This document shows positions 9,214-22,337 of a DNA stretch of 64,000 nt, one piece after another (the stretch's first letter is position 1; each line of letters opens with the position of its first letter). The position numbers and the translations under genes are program-made. The stretch is from Tubulanus polymorphus (lineage: Eukaryota > Animalia > Nemertea). The stretch spans positions 12,160,655 to 12,224,654 of the forward strand of contig NC_134033.1 of the NCBI RefSeq assembly GCF_964204645.1, in the 5' to 3' direction. Under the pieces are notes generated by a model. That model was not told the origin of the DNA. It searched no databases and saw only the letters and a program-made list of their open reading frames with translations.

Positions 9214-9401
9214 GGTAGGTTTTCAGCGAGCTCGGTGGTCTGGTAGCATGACGCTGCGCTAGCAATTTACTGGCCCGGGTTTGAGTCTCGCTCTAAGCCC
9301 CTCTATTTTCTCATACTCCACACTAGAATTTCGGGAAAAAATAGCCGAAGTAAACAAAAACACTCTGCCGTATACGGTAAAATATCCACTGCGTTTTAGT
9401 A
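9214..9401 (+). mobile_element. Right half of a tRNA-containing MITE, cut by the Polinton insertion
   Basis: Near-identical to 29557-29744 and 41780-41967; contains A-box-like TGGTCTGGTAG and B-box-like GGTTTGAGTC, then the right TIR. Confidence 0.7.
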
Positions 9402-11925
9402 CACCAAATCAGTTGTCTAAACTTCGGCTTGTGACTTTCTTACCTTCCATATAAGTAGCAAATAACTACAATTCCAATTCCTACGCCGGCCGCAGCTGTT
9501 GCGAGTATCGGTATATCCATATTACACTGTAAATATATTGTCCAGGTCCTTACCTCGTTAAAATATGATCTTAGGCATTTCTATAATATAACATACAAAC
9601 CGTTCATTATTTGATGGTTGAGATCTTATGCAACCTACGAGCAATTATCTAACAATGATATCGTAAAAATCTTAATTATCAACCGATTTTCAAAATGTTT
9701 TCACCGAGCTGTGGATTTCGTAAGCGCGGTCATTATGGTGCCAAATACGCATGCGTCAGTTGGCTACGTCTTCTTAAAACTACCTCTATGGATTGCTTTT
9801 AGAATCAACGCGCAGCGCTGCTGTCCAGTGATGTCGAATCCCACACACCCCTGACTGTATGATTGACAGCGTTACTGATCGTACCAGTGTGTAGTACACT
9901 GATATAGGGCGAGCTTCCTACTGTTTTTTAGATGAAAGTCGAATGAATGTAGTGACAGTCCAATAGGTAAATGCGCGTTTACATCTCTGGGAGTAAGATC
10001 GTGACGTCATCGTGACGAAGTGACAAACAAAATGGCGGATATTTCAACGGCAGGGAATGAGTGTAGTTCAAGAGGGCATCTTCAGTAATTTGATGTTTAA
10101 AATAGGATGGACAGTACATACATAGAGTCTGCGCGTTCGGAGAGGCAGCGATCTATCAGAGTTTAACATTTTGTTTAGAAGCTGTTTTAGTTGTCGAATC
10201 TGATTGAAGATGAATTTTATGTTCGAAAAAAGTGGAAGATTTGTAACAATAATCAACAGAATAACAATTAGAAATAACAACCCTAAATGTAACCGAGTTA
10301 GGCAGAGTCTATCAATTCAAAAAGGATGAAAAAAATCTAACTTAGGCATAAGCAACGTTGTGGTAGGCCTAGTTAGTTACCTAATCGTTGGTGGTAAGCA
10401 TTTTATAATCGGATGGGTGTGGTTTGTGAAAATATCCGATTGTGAAACTAAACCACAGACAGGTTACTGACTATGGTAGGCCACGCTGTTTACGTTGTGC
10501 AATGCCTATTGTGTCTAAACATATAGGAAAACTCTCCTCTGATACCTTTAGCGAAAAGCCAAAAAGAACATTTACCGGTAATACAACGTTCCTGTGATGA
10601 CAATATGCGGCGCCTCACTAGGCTTTGGAAATAACATGTACCAGGTGGCGCTAGCTAGCGGGCGCGCGTGAGGCGGTGTTTTATTTCAGGAAATGAATTG
10701 TGGAAACAGCCAATCAAATCCACGGATATCCACAATTCATTTCCTGAAATTTCCTGAAATTGACCAATCGCTGTGCTTGTTAGCGGTGACGTAATTTCGG
10801 GATATACCGTTGAAGAGCGCCATATTTGATTTTCCGATCGTAAACACACAGCGCAGTTACAGTCACAGAAAGCAGACTAATTCGTTCCAGATCATCTGAT
10901 TAAATTACCCGATTATCACGTAAGTGTATGAATTCAGTACTTCCAACATGCGAGGTTTCATACCCGATTAAATCTTTTATCGCAAATGCTTGATTATGCC
11001 AATTTTTTGGCGAAAAACTTCTTACTTTTCACTCGCAAATTCAATCAACTTCAATTTATTACAATTATTTTGGGTTAAGCCTATCCTTCATCATCAAAAT
11101 GTGAATCGTGAACACTAGAAGAGCGAGAGAGTAGAAGTTTTCACTAGAAGGCATTACGGATTGTTTCATTTTTCCATTCCGTGATATTTTGTCAATTCTG
11201 TTACTGTTAGGCCCTATAACTTATAAGTCCTTGTTTTATTTAGGCCTACTCCCGTGCGTGGAATAGGTCGATTATCAGCCCAAAAATGGAACAGCCCTTC
11301 CTAGCGAATCATTCAGTATTCCCAGCGTCGTAACTGCGTATTAGCCTATGGGTCCGTAAATTCCTTGATGCGCTATGAATTCAAAAAATCTAGAATCCAG
11401 GCCAGGGGTAAAATCTAAAATTCTGACTAAGCATTCCCCTTAAAATTCCTATCAACCTCCCTTGAATTATATAAATTAAAAATCATCAATTGTCTAAATC
11501 TTTTTTCAACTCAATTTGTGAATGCGACCCTCCCTGTACTTATGCATATAGGCCATTGACCAGAAATCTCTCCCTACAACTTGCAATTAACTTGAAACAA
11601 TAGTCACAATGATACCACAGCCACTGGCTGTCTCTATTATTGTTTTGTGTATTCTGTGAAAGGTCAATATAAGTGGGAGCTTATTATATCCCTTTATTAT
11701 GACAGGCATTGTGCTCACAAAGACTTGGTTATCAAAACATAGGCCAATGTGGTTATCAATTCAAATGTTTTGATTTCCAATGACAATAAAGCCCTAGCTT
11801 GCTAATTTCTCAATTACCTAGTTGATGTAATTACTTTCATATGTAAGATGAAAATTGAAATTGTGTTAAACTGGACCCTTAAAATTTGTTCGATGTTTAA
11901 TTGATGTTTCTCTTTTTATTCTAGC

Positions 11926-13470
11926 ATGGAACCAATTTTCCGTCGCCTAAAAAATCGTACGATCGACACGTTTGACACCGATGCCGCCAAGAACCATAAA
12001 AGCACTAGTGGTTGGGCAACTCTGGACCCTGCGGAGAAAGTTTTGGCGGATGCGATGCGCCGGGTTGCCCAGGCCGGAGGAGATCAGTCAAACCCGAAAC
12101 ATTTGTTAGGCCAGTATACACTTCAGTTTGGTAAGTTTAGGGGTAAGAAATTTCAGTGGATACTCTCTAATGCTCTTGGCTTTGCAGTAAACCTCTACGT
12201 CATGGATGAATGTGAGAAGCAAAAACCACATCCCAAGATAGACCACAAGAACCATGCCGACAACAAGAAAGCCCTCTTCAAATACATGAGGCTGTTTCCC
12301 GAAGCCAAGGAAGCGATTGAGAGGAGGAGAGCTGTCCATCAAGAGCGTGTGAAACCTACGATTTCAAGTAAGTCAAGTTTTCAATATACAGTCGGATCGT
12401 TTGATATCAGAGTTGTTTTGTGCTTGTTCTATTTATGAAAAATTTTTTATTTTCACAGAAGCTCGTCAGACTCAACCAGCCGGGAGCCAACCAACTGTGA
12501 CAACTAGGAGGAGTCGCCCATCTGCTACAACCAGGAGCCAACCAACTGCGACAACTAGGAGTCAACCCAGCTCATCGACCACAACTGAGAACGTCTCGAT
12601 GCCGTCTGATGATGATGATGATCTACTGACAAGTGTCATCACTCTTGAAGCGCAGTTATCTGGTAATATATCTTAATTCTAATGATATTTTTATTGTAGA
12701 TTCAATTGATACATCATGAGATATACATCCTACAAATTTTTGCAGTGTTTTGGACGGATTGTAAAGATACCATCCAAGTTAACCGCAGTCCTCCCTTTCG
12801 GCCATCCACTCCTAGTAATTGCAGCCATATTGTAACATTTAATCATTTATTTCTCAAAATTTACAGTTTATATCTGGATAAGTTGGTAAGATTAATGTTG
12901 TGTAGGGTTCCTAGAATATGCTTTTATAAATGTGTAGCTATTGTAAAATGGTATTTTCTTCCAATCTATTTTAATGTACCTATTTCTTTATAAAAACTGG
13001 GTAATCATGCTTTATATGTATGCAGTACTGTCTCTTTATTACATAATCCATCTTTATGATATTGGTATATAGTTGCTATAATGGACATTATGAATATGAT
13101 AACACACACACTCTCTCTTTCTCTCTCTGTCACTTGCAAAATGCAACACTTCTATCCTCTCCTGCTTAATAACTTATTTTTACAGTGATTTCCCTTTTGT
13201 AATCTCATTTTTCCAGTGAGTCACTCTTATTCCTCATTTAGAGGTATTTAGATGGTAACATTACAGTGATGCGGTTTTCTTTTGTTCCTTTTGTCTATCA
13301 TTCTGTTTTTGTTTAATATTTCAGTGAAATTGTACCGGACTTTATGATGATTTAGAATTCTTATGCTATAAACCTCAATCATGAATGAGATAGTAAATTC
13401 ATTTTCTATTTTTCTCTATCTAGCCTCTCAGACAACACGGACTACAGCGACTACGACTACACCGACCACG

Positions 13471-13532
<62 letters not shown>

Positions 13533-15992
13533 ACCGACTACGACAACCGCGATCGATAACGACCTCCGCTTGCTTTTACCAGAATGGCGTAAAGTTCTGT
13601 CCGAATATGAACAGAAGTGGATCACCAAAACCCTCTTCATGAAAACCAAGAGTGGGAGGCTGGAGATGGATTTAGCCGCGTCAATCAGCTTTGGTGGAAT
13701 CCTCCACAGCCATTGGTAGTTGCAGGCCAGGTACCCAGCAGTACCTTGCCCACCGCCTGTTCTTGTGGATGCCTCGACGACTGTGGCAAGTCCATCCGCG
13801 TTGGAATGAGGATCGAGCTATTGCAGCTGTTACTCAAGACAAACAGATTTCCTGCTACAGTGGAAAGCTACGCCATCATATCAATGAGCTAAGTCAAACT
13901 GTCCTTGGAAAGAAGCTTTTACCAGCGTTCCAAGGGCCATTGCGTTACACCATTGAACCTATAGGTATTGATTATCTTTACAGCCAAACAGGAGAGGCAC
14001 CAGTGTCTAACACTAGGTTGCGTCTAGCCGAGGAGGAACGCTTGCTGGACTCTGCTTCTGACCAGGAATTTAGTGACAGCCCTGTTGATGAGCCGCTGCC
14101 TCTGTATGATGTGGAAGACTTGACAATAGCTGTGCCGACTGATGAGGATAACGACTTCTGTAAGTCACAATGTTTTTAGAAAATTGTTTGAATAATAATT
14201 CTATTTCAGTTCTGTTAAGTTCATTCCTGTAATTGATTCCTCTGATTACTGTTGACTTTGTGACATGCCCTCAGCTGAATCCATTACGTTTTGACTAAGG
14301 GATAATGGTTTTGTGTATTATTTTTCATTGTAGTTTCTCCGACTGTGACACCAACTGCACCAGTTCTTCCCGTTGACACCATGTCCGTTGATACTCCGTT
14401 GCCGATGGAAACTGAGGAGGTCACTGAGCTTGAACCCGATGATGCTGTGCCAGAATTTTGCTTACCGACCCTTGATACTCCAGAGCTGCAGCCCTTTGAA
14501 CAGTCGAATGTTCCATCTATTGAATCTCCCCTGGGGGATTCGGATGAGCATGTAAGTTTTCTATAAAAAAGGTTTTCGTTCGAGTTGTGTTGATGTTGTT
14601 AAAGAATTTAATTTCAAATATCTATTTTATTCAGGATTCTTTGGGACCAGACGGTATTGCTGGATTTGGAAAGGTTGATGCTTTGGCTGAGAAACTGGTA
14701 AACTTGGATGAGAATTCACTGGCAAACAACGAAGCTCGTGAAATCATTGATTTGTGGCAGAACTTGGACGACTACGACAAGAGGTCCATCATCAAACCAT
14801 GCCATCAACCAACTCTCAGTCAAGGTAGATTTCGAGCAACAAAGAAACGTTCTGGCTTGGCTCCTGGAGTTGAAAGTTCACGGAGGTAAGCCTAATCTAC
14901 TGTATTTTTCATTTCAAAATAAATGTACTAATAAGTCGAAATTGCCAATTGAATATTAAATGGCGATATAATCTTTGAGTTCAATTTGACCCTTGCAGGT
15001 TAACCTAAATAAACTTTATGTTAATCAAGTATTTATGATAATTTTCAGAGCTTTTCTGGGACCAAATTCGGCACCTGCTCAGTGGCCGACTTGTAATCGC
15101 TACGTCGAGACAACCATGGTGAAGCTCTGTGCGAAGTATCCAGCATCAAAAACGGTTGCAGGAGTGCGAGTTACGCGATGGATCCTTATCTCCCGTGCCT
15201 ACAAGCACATAAGAGACGTCGTCGTCGGAAATCCTGTGGTTATGCATCACTCGAACATTCAGCTTCCAGAGTTGAATATGACGACTATAACCCAATGGTA
15301 AGTTAACCTTTTATGCCCCACCTCTTAACCATCTAAATTATTATTAATCATATTGAGATTATGTTCATAAAATGGTCTATTTCTTTTTTCATTTTAGGTG
15401 GAATCGACGTTCTAAGAAGCAAGAGGAAATGGTTCTCAGGCAGGGAATTCAAATCCCGAATCCTTCTATGGCAAGCCAGCAACCATTGCTTATTGCTTGT
15501 CAAAAGCCTTCTGTGCTGCCGAGAGGATCCTCTGATGATCGCCATACCTTTGTACTTCCTACGAACACTGCTGGAATGGCGAAAATAAAGCGGCGAAGAA
15601 CAACTCCTTCGGCAACTGCGACTTTTGCATCAGTAGCTGCGGCAGCAACTAGTAAGCGGCCTGCACCGCAGATTCCTCAGAATGTTATTGATTTGTCAGG
15701 CGCTCATCAGTCCCTCAATACAGATACTACCGCAGATACTACTCGATTGATGGGTTGCTCACAAATCATGACAGGACCTGTTGCGTCTAAGGAGCAGAAA
15801 GCTGAAAGTTTGCAGCCAGCCACTACCCAGCTAATAATTGTTGCACCGCCAAAAGACCAGGCCGTTCTGCCTAAGGTCATCCATTCTGAATCCATGGGAA
15901 ATATACAGGTTGTTCCTTACACAACCCATATGCACAGATTACAAAGGCAGCAGCAATTAGAAGCTGGGGTGAGTCGCAGAAATCTACCTTGA
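11926..15992 (+). pseudogene. Spliced, internally deleted transposase-like gene (DUF6729-type family), left arm
   Basis: Approximate exons 11926-12367, 12459-12662, 13424-14160, 14333-14551, 14635-14885, 15049-15297, 15399-. Motifs LQFGKFRGKKFQW, LWWNPPQP, HRLFLWMPRRLW, RWNEDRA, PGVESSRR, AQWP. Frameshifts near 13670-13740. Confidence 0.65.
13441..13548 (+). repeat. (ACT)n microsatellite encoding poly-Thr; shorter mirror copy at ~17341-17440
   Basis: Directly visible; the repeat number differs between arms. Confidence 0.95.
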
Positions 15993-17356
15993 CTGAGAGT
16001 TGGTTGATGGCGTGGTTTGATGATGGACCTCTTGTCGTAGTCGTCCAAGTTCTGCCACAAATCAATGATTTCACGAGCTTCGTTGTTTGTAAGAGCCAGT
16101 GAATTCTCATCCAAGTTTACCAGTTTCTCAGCCAAAGCATCAACCTTTCCAAATCCTGCAATACCGTCTGGTCCCAAAGAATCCTGAATAAAATAGATAT
16201 TTGAAATTAAATTCCATGAATCTGAAAATGTACTGTACAATGGTAATTGAACTGTCACCAGTTCTGAGCAATTTGTCTTTAACAACATCAACACAACTCG
16301 AACGAAAACCTTTTTTATAGAAAACTTACATGCTCATCCGAATCCCCCAGGGGAGATTCAATAGATGGAACATTCGACAGTTCAAAGGGCTGCAGCTCTG
16401 GAGTATCAAGGGTCGGTAAGCGAAATTCTGGCACAGCATCATCGGGTTCAAGCTCAGTGACCTCCTCAGTTTCCATCGGCAACGGAGTATCAACGGACAT
16501 GGTGTCAACGGGAAGAACTGGTGCAGTTGGTGTCACAGTCGGAGAAACTACAATGAAAAATAATACACAAAACCATTATCCCTTAGTCAAAACGTAATGG
16601 ATTCAGCTGAGGGCATGTCACAAAGTCAACAGTAATCAGAGGAATCAATTACAGGAATGAACTTAACAGAACTGAAATAGAATTATTATTCAAACAATTT
16701 TCTAAAAACATTGTGACTTACAGAAGTCGTTATCCTCATCAGTCGGCACAGCTGTTGTCAAGTCTTCCACATCATACAGAGGCAGCGGCTCATCAACAGG
16801 GCTGTCACTAAATTCCTGGTCAGAAGCAGAGTCCAGCAAGCGTTCCTCCTCGGCTAGACGCAACCTAGTGTTAGACACTGGTGCCTCTCCTGTTTGGCTG
16901 TAAAGATAATCAATACCTATAGGTTCAATGGTGTAACGCAATGGCCCTTGGAACGCTGGTAAAAGCTTCTTTCCAAGGACAGTTTGACTTAGCTCATTGA
17001 TATGATGGCGTAGCTTTCCACTGTAGCAGGAAATCTGTTTGTCTTGAGTAACAGCTGCAATAGCTCGATCCTCATTCCAACGCGGATGGACTTGCCACAG
17101 TCGTCGAGGCATCCACAAGAACAGGCGGTGGGCAAAGTACTGCTCGACGTTGGGTACCTGGCCTGCAACTACCAATGGCTGTGGAGGATTCCACCAAAGC
17201 TGATTGACGCGGCTAAAATCCATCTCCAGCCTCCCACTCTTGGTTTTCATGAAGAGGGTTTTGGTGATCCACTTCTGTTCATATTCGGACAGAACTTTAC
17301 GCCATTCTGGTAAAAGCAAGCGGTGGTCGTTATCGATCGCGGTTGTCGTAGTCGGT

Positions 17357-17406
<50 letters not shown>

Positions 17407-18946
17407 CGTGGTCGGTGTAGTCGTAGTCGCTGTAGTCCGTGTTGTCTGAGAGGCTAGATAGAGAAAAATAGAAAATGAATTTACTATCTCATTCATGATT
17501 GAGGTTTATAGCATAAGAATTCTAAATCATCATAAAGTCCGGTACAATTTCACTGAAATATTAAACAAAAACAGAATGATAGACAAAAGGAACAAAAGAA
17601 AACCGCATCACTGTAATGTTACCATCTAAATACCTCTAAATGAGGAATAAGAGTGACTCACTGGAAAAATGAGATTACAAAAGGGAAATCACTGTAAAAA
17701 TAAGTTATTAAGCAGGAGAGGATAGAAGTGTTGCATTTTGCAAGTGACAGAGAGAGACAGAGAGAGTGTGTGTGTTATCATATTCATAATGTCCATTATA
17801 GCAACTATATACCAATATCATAAAGATGGATTATGTAATAAAGAGACAGTACTGCATACATCTAAAGCATGATTACCCAGTTTTTATAAAGAAATAGGTA
17901 CATTAAAATAGATTGGAAGAAAATACCATTTTACAATAGCTACACATTTATAAAAGCATATTCTAGGAACCCTACACAACATTAATCTTACCAACTTATC
18001 CAGATATAAACTGTAAATTTTGAGAAATAAATGATTAAATGTTACAATATGGCTGCAATTACTAGGAGTGGATGGCCGAAAGGGAGGACTGCGGTTAACT
18101 TGGATGGAATCTTTACAATCCGTCCAAAACACTGCAAAAATTTGTAGGATGTATATCTCATGATGTATCAATTGAATCTACAATAAAAATATCATTAGAA
18201 TTAAGATATATTACCAGATAACTGCGCTTCAAGAGTGATGACACTTGTCAGTAGATCATCATCATCATCAGACGGCATCGAGACGTTCTCAGTTGTGGTC
18301 GATGAGCTGGGTTGACTCCTAGTTGTCGCAGTTGGTTGGCTCCTGGTTGTAGCAGATGGGCGACTCCTCCTAGTTGTCACAGTTGGTTGGCTCCCGGCTG
18401 GTTGAGTCTGACGAGCTTCTGTGAAAATAAAAAATTTTTCATAAATAGAACAAGCACAAAACAACTCTGATATCAAACGATCCGACTGTATATTGAAAAC
18501 TTGACTTACTTGAAATCGTAGGTTTCACACGCTCTTGATGGACAGCTCTCCTCCTCTCAATCGCTTCCTTGGCTTCGGGAAACAGCCTCATGTATTTGAA
18601 GAGGGCTTTCTTGTTGTCGGCATGGTTCTTGTGGTCTATCTTGGGATGTGGTTTTTGCTTCTCACATTCATCCATGACGTAGAGGTTTACTGCAAAGCCA
18701 AGAGCATTAGAGAGTATCCACTGAAATTTCTTACCCCTAAACTTACCAAACTGAAGTGTATACTGGCCTAACAAATGTTTCGGGTTTGACTGATCTCCTC
18801 CGGCCTGGGCAACCCGGCGCATCGCATCCGCCTTTCTCCGCAGGGTCCTGAGTTGCCCAACCACTAGTGCTTTTATGGTTCTTGGCGGCATCGGTGTCAA
18901 ACGTGTCGATCGTACGATTTTTTAGGCGACGGAAAATTGGTTCCAT
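15979..18946 (-). pseudogene. 3'-truncated inverted copy of the same transposase-like gene, right arm
   Basis: Mirror ORFs; 5-bp deletion frameshift near 18830; truncated at QGRF (15979). Confidence 0.65.
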
Positions 18947-21664
18947 GCTAGAACAAAAAGAGAAACATCAATTAAACATCGAACAAATTTTAAGGGTCCA
19001 GTTTAACACAATTTCAATTTTCATCTTACATATGAAAGTAATTACATCAACTAGGTAATTGAGAAATTAGCAAGCTAGGGCTTTATTGTCATTGGAAATC
19101 AAAACATTTGAATTGATAACCACATTGGCCTATGTTTTGATAACCAAGTCTTTGTGAGCACAATGCCTGTCATAATAAAGGGATATAATAAGCTCCCACT
19201 TATATTGACCTTTCACAGAATACACAAAACAATAATAGAGACAGCCAGTGGCTGTGGTATCATTGTGACTATTGTTTCAAGTTAATTGCAAGTTGTAGGG
19301 AGAGATTTCTGGTCAATGGCCTATATGCATAAGTACAGGGAGGGTCGCATTCACAAATTGAGTTGAAAAAAGATTTAGACAATTGATGATTTTTAATTTA
19401 TATAATTCAAGGGAGGATGATAGGAATTTTAAGGGGAATGCTTAGTCAGAATTTTAGATTTTACCCCTGGCCTGGATTCTAGATTTTTTGAATTCATAGC
19501 GCATCAAGGAATTTACGGACCCATAGGCTAATACGCAGTTACGACGCTGGAAATACTGAATGATTCGCTAGGAAGGGCTGTTCCATTTTTGGGCTGATAA
19601 TCGACCTATTCCACGCACGGGAGTAGGCCTAAATAAAACAAGGACTTATAGGGCCCAACAGTAACAGAAATGACAAAATATCACGGAATGGAAAAATGAA
19701 ACAATCCGTAATGCCTTCTAGTGAAAACTTCTACTCACTCGCTTTTCTAGTGTTCACGATTCACATTTTGATGATGAACGATAGGCTAACCCAAAATAAT
19801 TGTAATAAATTGAAGTTGATTGAATTTGCGAGTGAAAAGTAAGACGTTTTTCGCCAAAAAATTGGCATAATCAAGCATTAGCGATAAAAGATTTAATCGG
19901 GTATGAAACCTCGCATGTTGGAAGTACTGAATTCATACACTTACGTGATAATCGGGTAATTTAATCAGATGATCTGGAACGAATTAGTCTGCTTTCTGTG
20001 ACTGTAACTGCGCTGTGTGTTTACGATCGGAAAATCAAATATGGCGCTCTTCAACGGTATATCCCGAAATTACGTCACCGCTAACAAGCACAGCGATTGG
20101 TCAATTTCAGGAAATTTCAGGAAATGAATTGTGGATATCCGTGGATTTGATTGGCTGTTTCCACAATTCATTTCCTGAAATAAAACACCGCCTCACGCGC
20201 GCCCGCTAGCGCCAGCGCCAGAACACTCGACACTCAATACAAAGATCGTTCTTTCTGCCTACCAATTGCGTCTCTTATCAAATACCGGGTAACGGGGAAT
20301 TTAGAATAGGTGGAATAGAATACGAGGTTCGTATCAACGAAGAGAATACGACGTACATACATCTGATTCACTTAGAACCATTAGTGTCAGTGGTATATCG
20401 CTCACGCGAGCCATGATGGCTCACGCGAGCTCTTTAGTACACGCAGTATACGGGGCCCCTCGAACCGGCCACTCTCAGGAGTGGGTTAAATATCTGATGA
20501 CACATGTGATTTGTCTAGTTACGATAGTACTACAACTCCCTCCCCCAAATACACATTTTCCCTTTTTTCTTTTGCTTTTTTCACTTCACCTCCGAGGTAG
20601 TCGCTACGCCATCAAAGCAAAGCCATATGGCGAGAATAGTTTTCTTGTTCAAACAGTTCCTTCATGAAAGGCAAATATTTTTACCCCTCTTTAAATGACT
20701 TCATCGCGGAGTTGAAACAAGGAATTAAAAATGTTTTTTTTATGCCCCGGCGGTGACTTGTGCCGCGCACCAGGATTTGATCCATTGATTGCGCTTTTCT
20801 GTATCACTTCTCTCCGTCGAATTTGGGAGATGATTTTGATTTAAAGGGTTCCAGCTCAGATGTATGTAAAATGATTGAACGCAAGAGAGCAAGTGATATA
20901 CACGTACACGTAATTTATCATTTACACGATTCTAAAGTGATGGCCAACAACCGGCATCAGAGGAAATAGTTAACTAAGACATGTTGTCCTTAATTTAAGT
21001 GCATAAATCACACTATGAAAACATAAAGTAACCAATGGCAATTATACCAAAAATTTGAGTTTAACTAGAGAGCCCTGAAAATTCAAAATGTATCTATGAC
21101 ATGGGCGCCCTGCCACAGCGGAGCAGTACTCAGAAACCTAGGCTTCATCCGCCCCTGATTTATATATACGCCCCGAAACAGCTACTGCAGTGAACAACCG
21201 GCGAGCTCGACACCAGCGTTCTGAAATTCATAATCTTCGAACGCTGCAACTCGCTGCACGACGACCGTACTACGCGATCGGTTTACAGTCATTTTAGTCG
21301 TTCATTCGTCTGTATCAAACTCTCATCTTACTTTCACATCGTACGTTATACAAATCGTCCGCGCGTCACCTCAGCGTGACCGTACCAAGGAGTTTACACA
21401 CGCTCATCAATTTCAAATTCTATACAAACGTGTCTTTCTGCTGGTTAGTATTTGTAATACGGTATGGAGTTTACACCTGGGCGGAGTGGTACATATGTAC
21501 AACTAAAAATCTGATAATATAATCATACGAATATATACCCGCGTGGTGTCTGTCGATGTTGTTTGGAGTTTCGAGTTATATCATCTTCCGAAACATGAGC
21601 GACGTGCGTCATTTGTTCAGCTCAAATATTATCTGATACGGAATCGCGTTTAATTCGATTCCCG

Positions 21665-22337
21665 ATGGTCGAATACACGAGGATATTTCTACTTTTCGCT
21701 GTACTACGCGTGTCTAGTCCGGTCGACGTTAATATGTTAGTGCTGATGCCCTGGACCGGACCGTGGCCTATCGGTAAGCGTATCGCTAGTTCCGTCTTGT
21801 TGGCCATCGATCGCGTGAATCGCTCCGGTCTTCTACCGAACGACGTGGATTTGAAGTTTACTTGGAACGACACGAGCTGTTCGGCTAAACGTGGACTGTT
21901 CGAGGCCGTGCACGCGTGGGCCACGATGAAATCGAATTTACACGCGATAATAGGTGGCGGTTGTAACGAGGTATGCGAACCGTTAGGGCTCCTGGCGTCC
22001 CAGTGGAACTTACCGATGATCTCTTTCGCGTGTACGTCCAGTCGAATGGACAATAAGTACGACTATAACACGTTCGCGCGTACGGTCGGACCTTACACGA
22101 AAATGGCGCCGATGTTCGTGAAAATTTGCCAGTATTTCAAATGGAAAATGGTGTCGATCATGGCGTCGACGGAGAACGCCTGGCAGCTGACATCGCACGA
22201 GATCAAACTCGACCTGGAAGAGGCGAACGTCACGATAGCCACGTTTCATAGTTTCGATCCCGGTTACGTAAATATCAGCGGCCGAGTAAAACAACAACAT
22301 AACAGTATATTGAAAGATATAGCATCTCATAGTCGCA
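21665..22337 (+). pseudogene. Orphan duplicate of receptor guanylyl cyclase exon 1 (signal peptide plus N-terminal ANF-receptor ligand-binding lobe)
   Basis: One amino-acid difference from 48254-48926; donor GTGAGT at 22338 intact; duplicated intron stops at ~24455 and exon 2 is absent. Confidence 0.85.

Larger units (their letters stand above)
10654..20210. mobile_element. 9.6-kb fold-back DNA transposon derivative: inverted arms 10654-14833 and 15979-20210 with a 1.15-kb unique spacer
   Basis: Begins GCTAGCGGGCGCGCGTGAGG and ends CCTCACGCGCGCCCGCTAGC; the ORF track is mirrored on both strands. Flanks join into the sequence seen empty at ~35025 and ~45912. Confidence 0.93.

Noticed and set aside
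9228-9300. Functional tRNA gene
   Set aside because: A and B boxes are degenerate, stems pair poorly, and it lies inside a repeated MITE.
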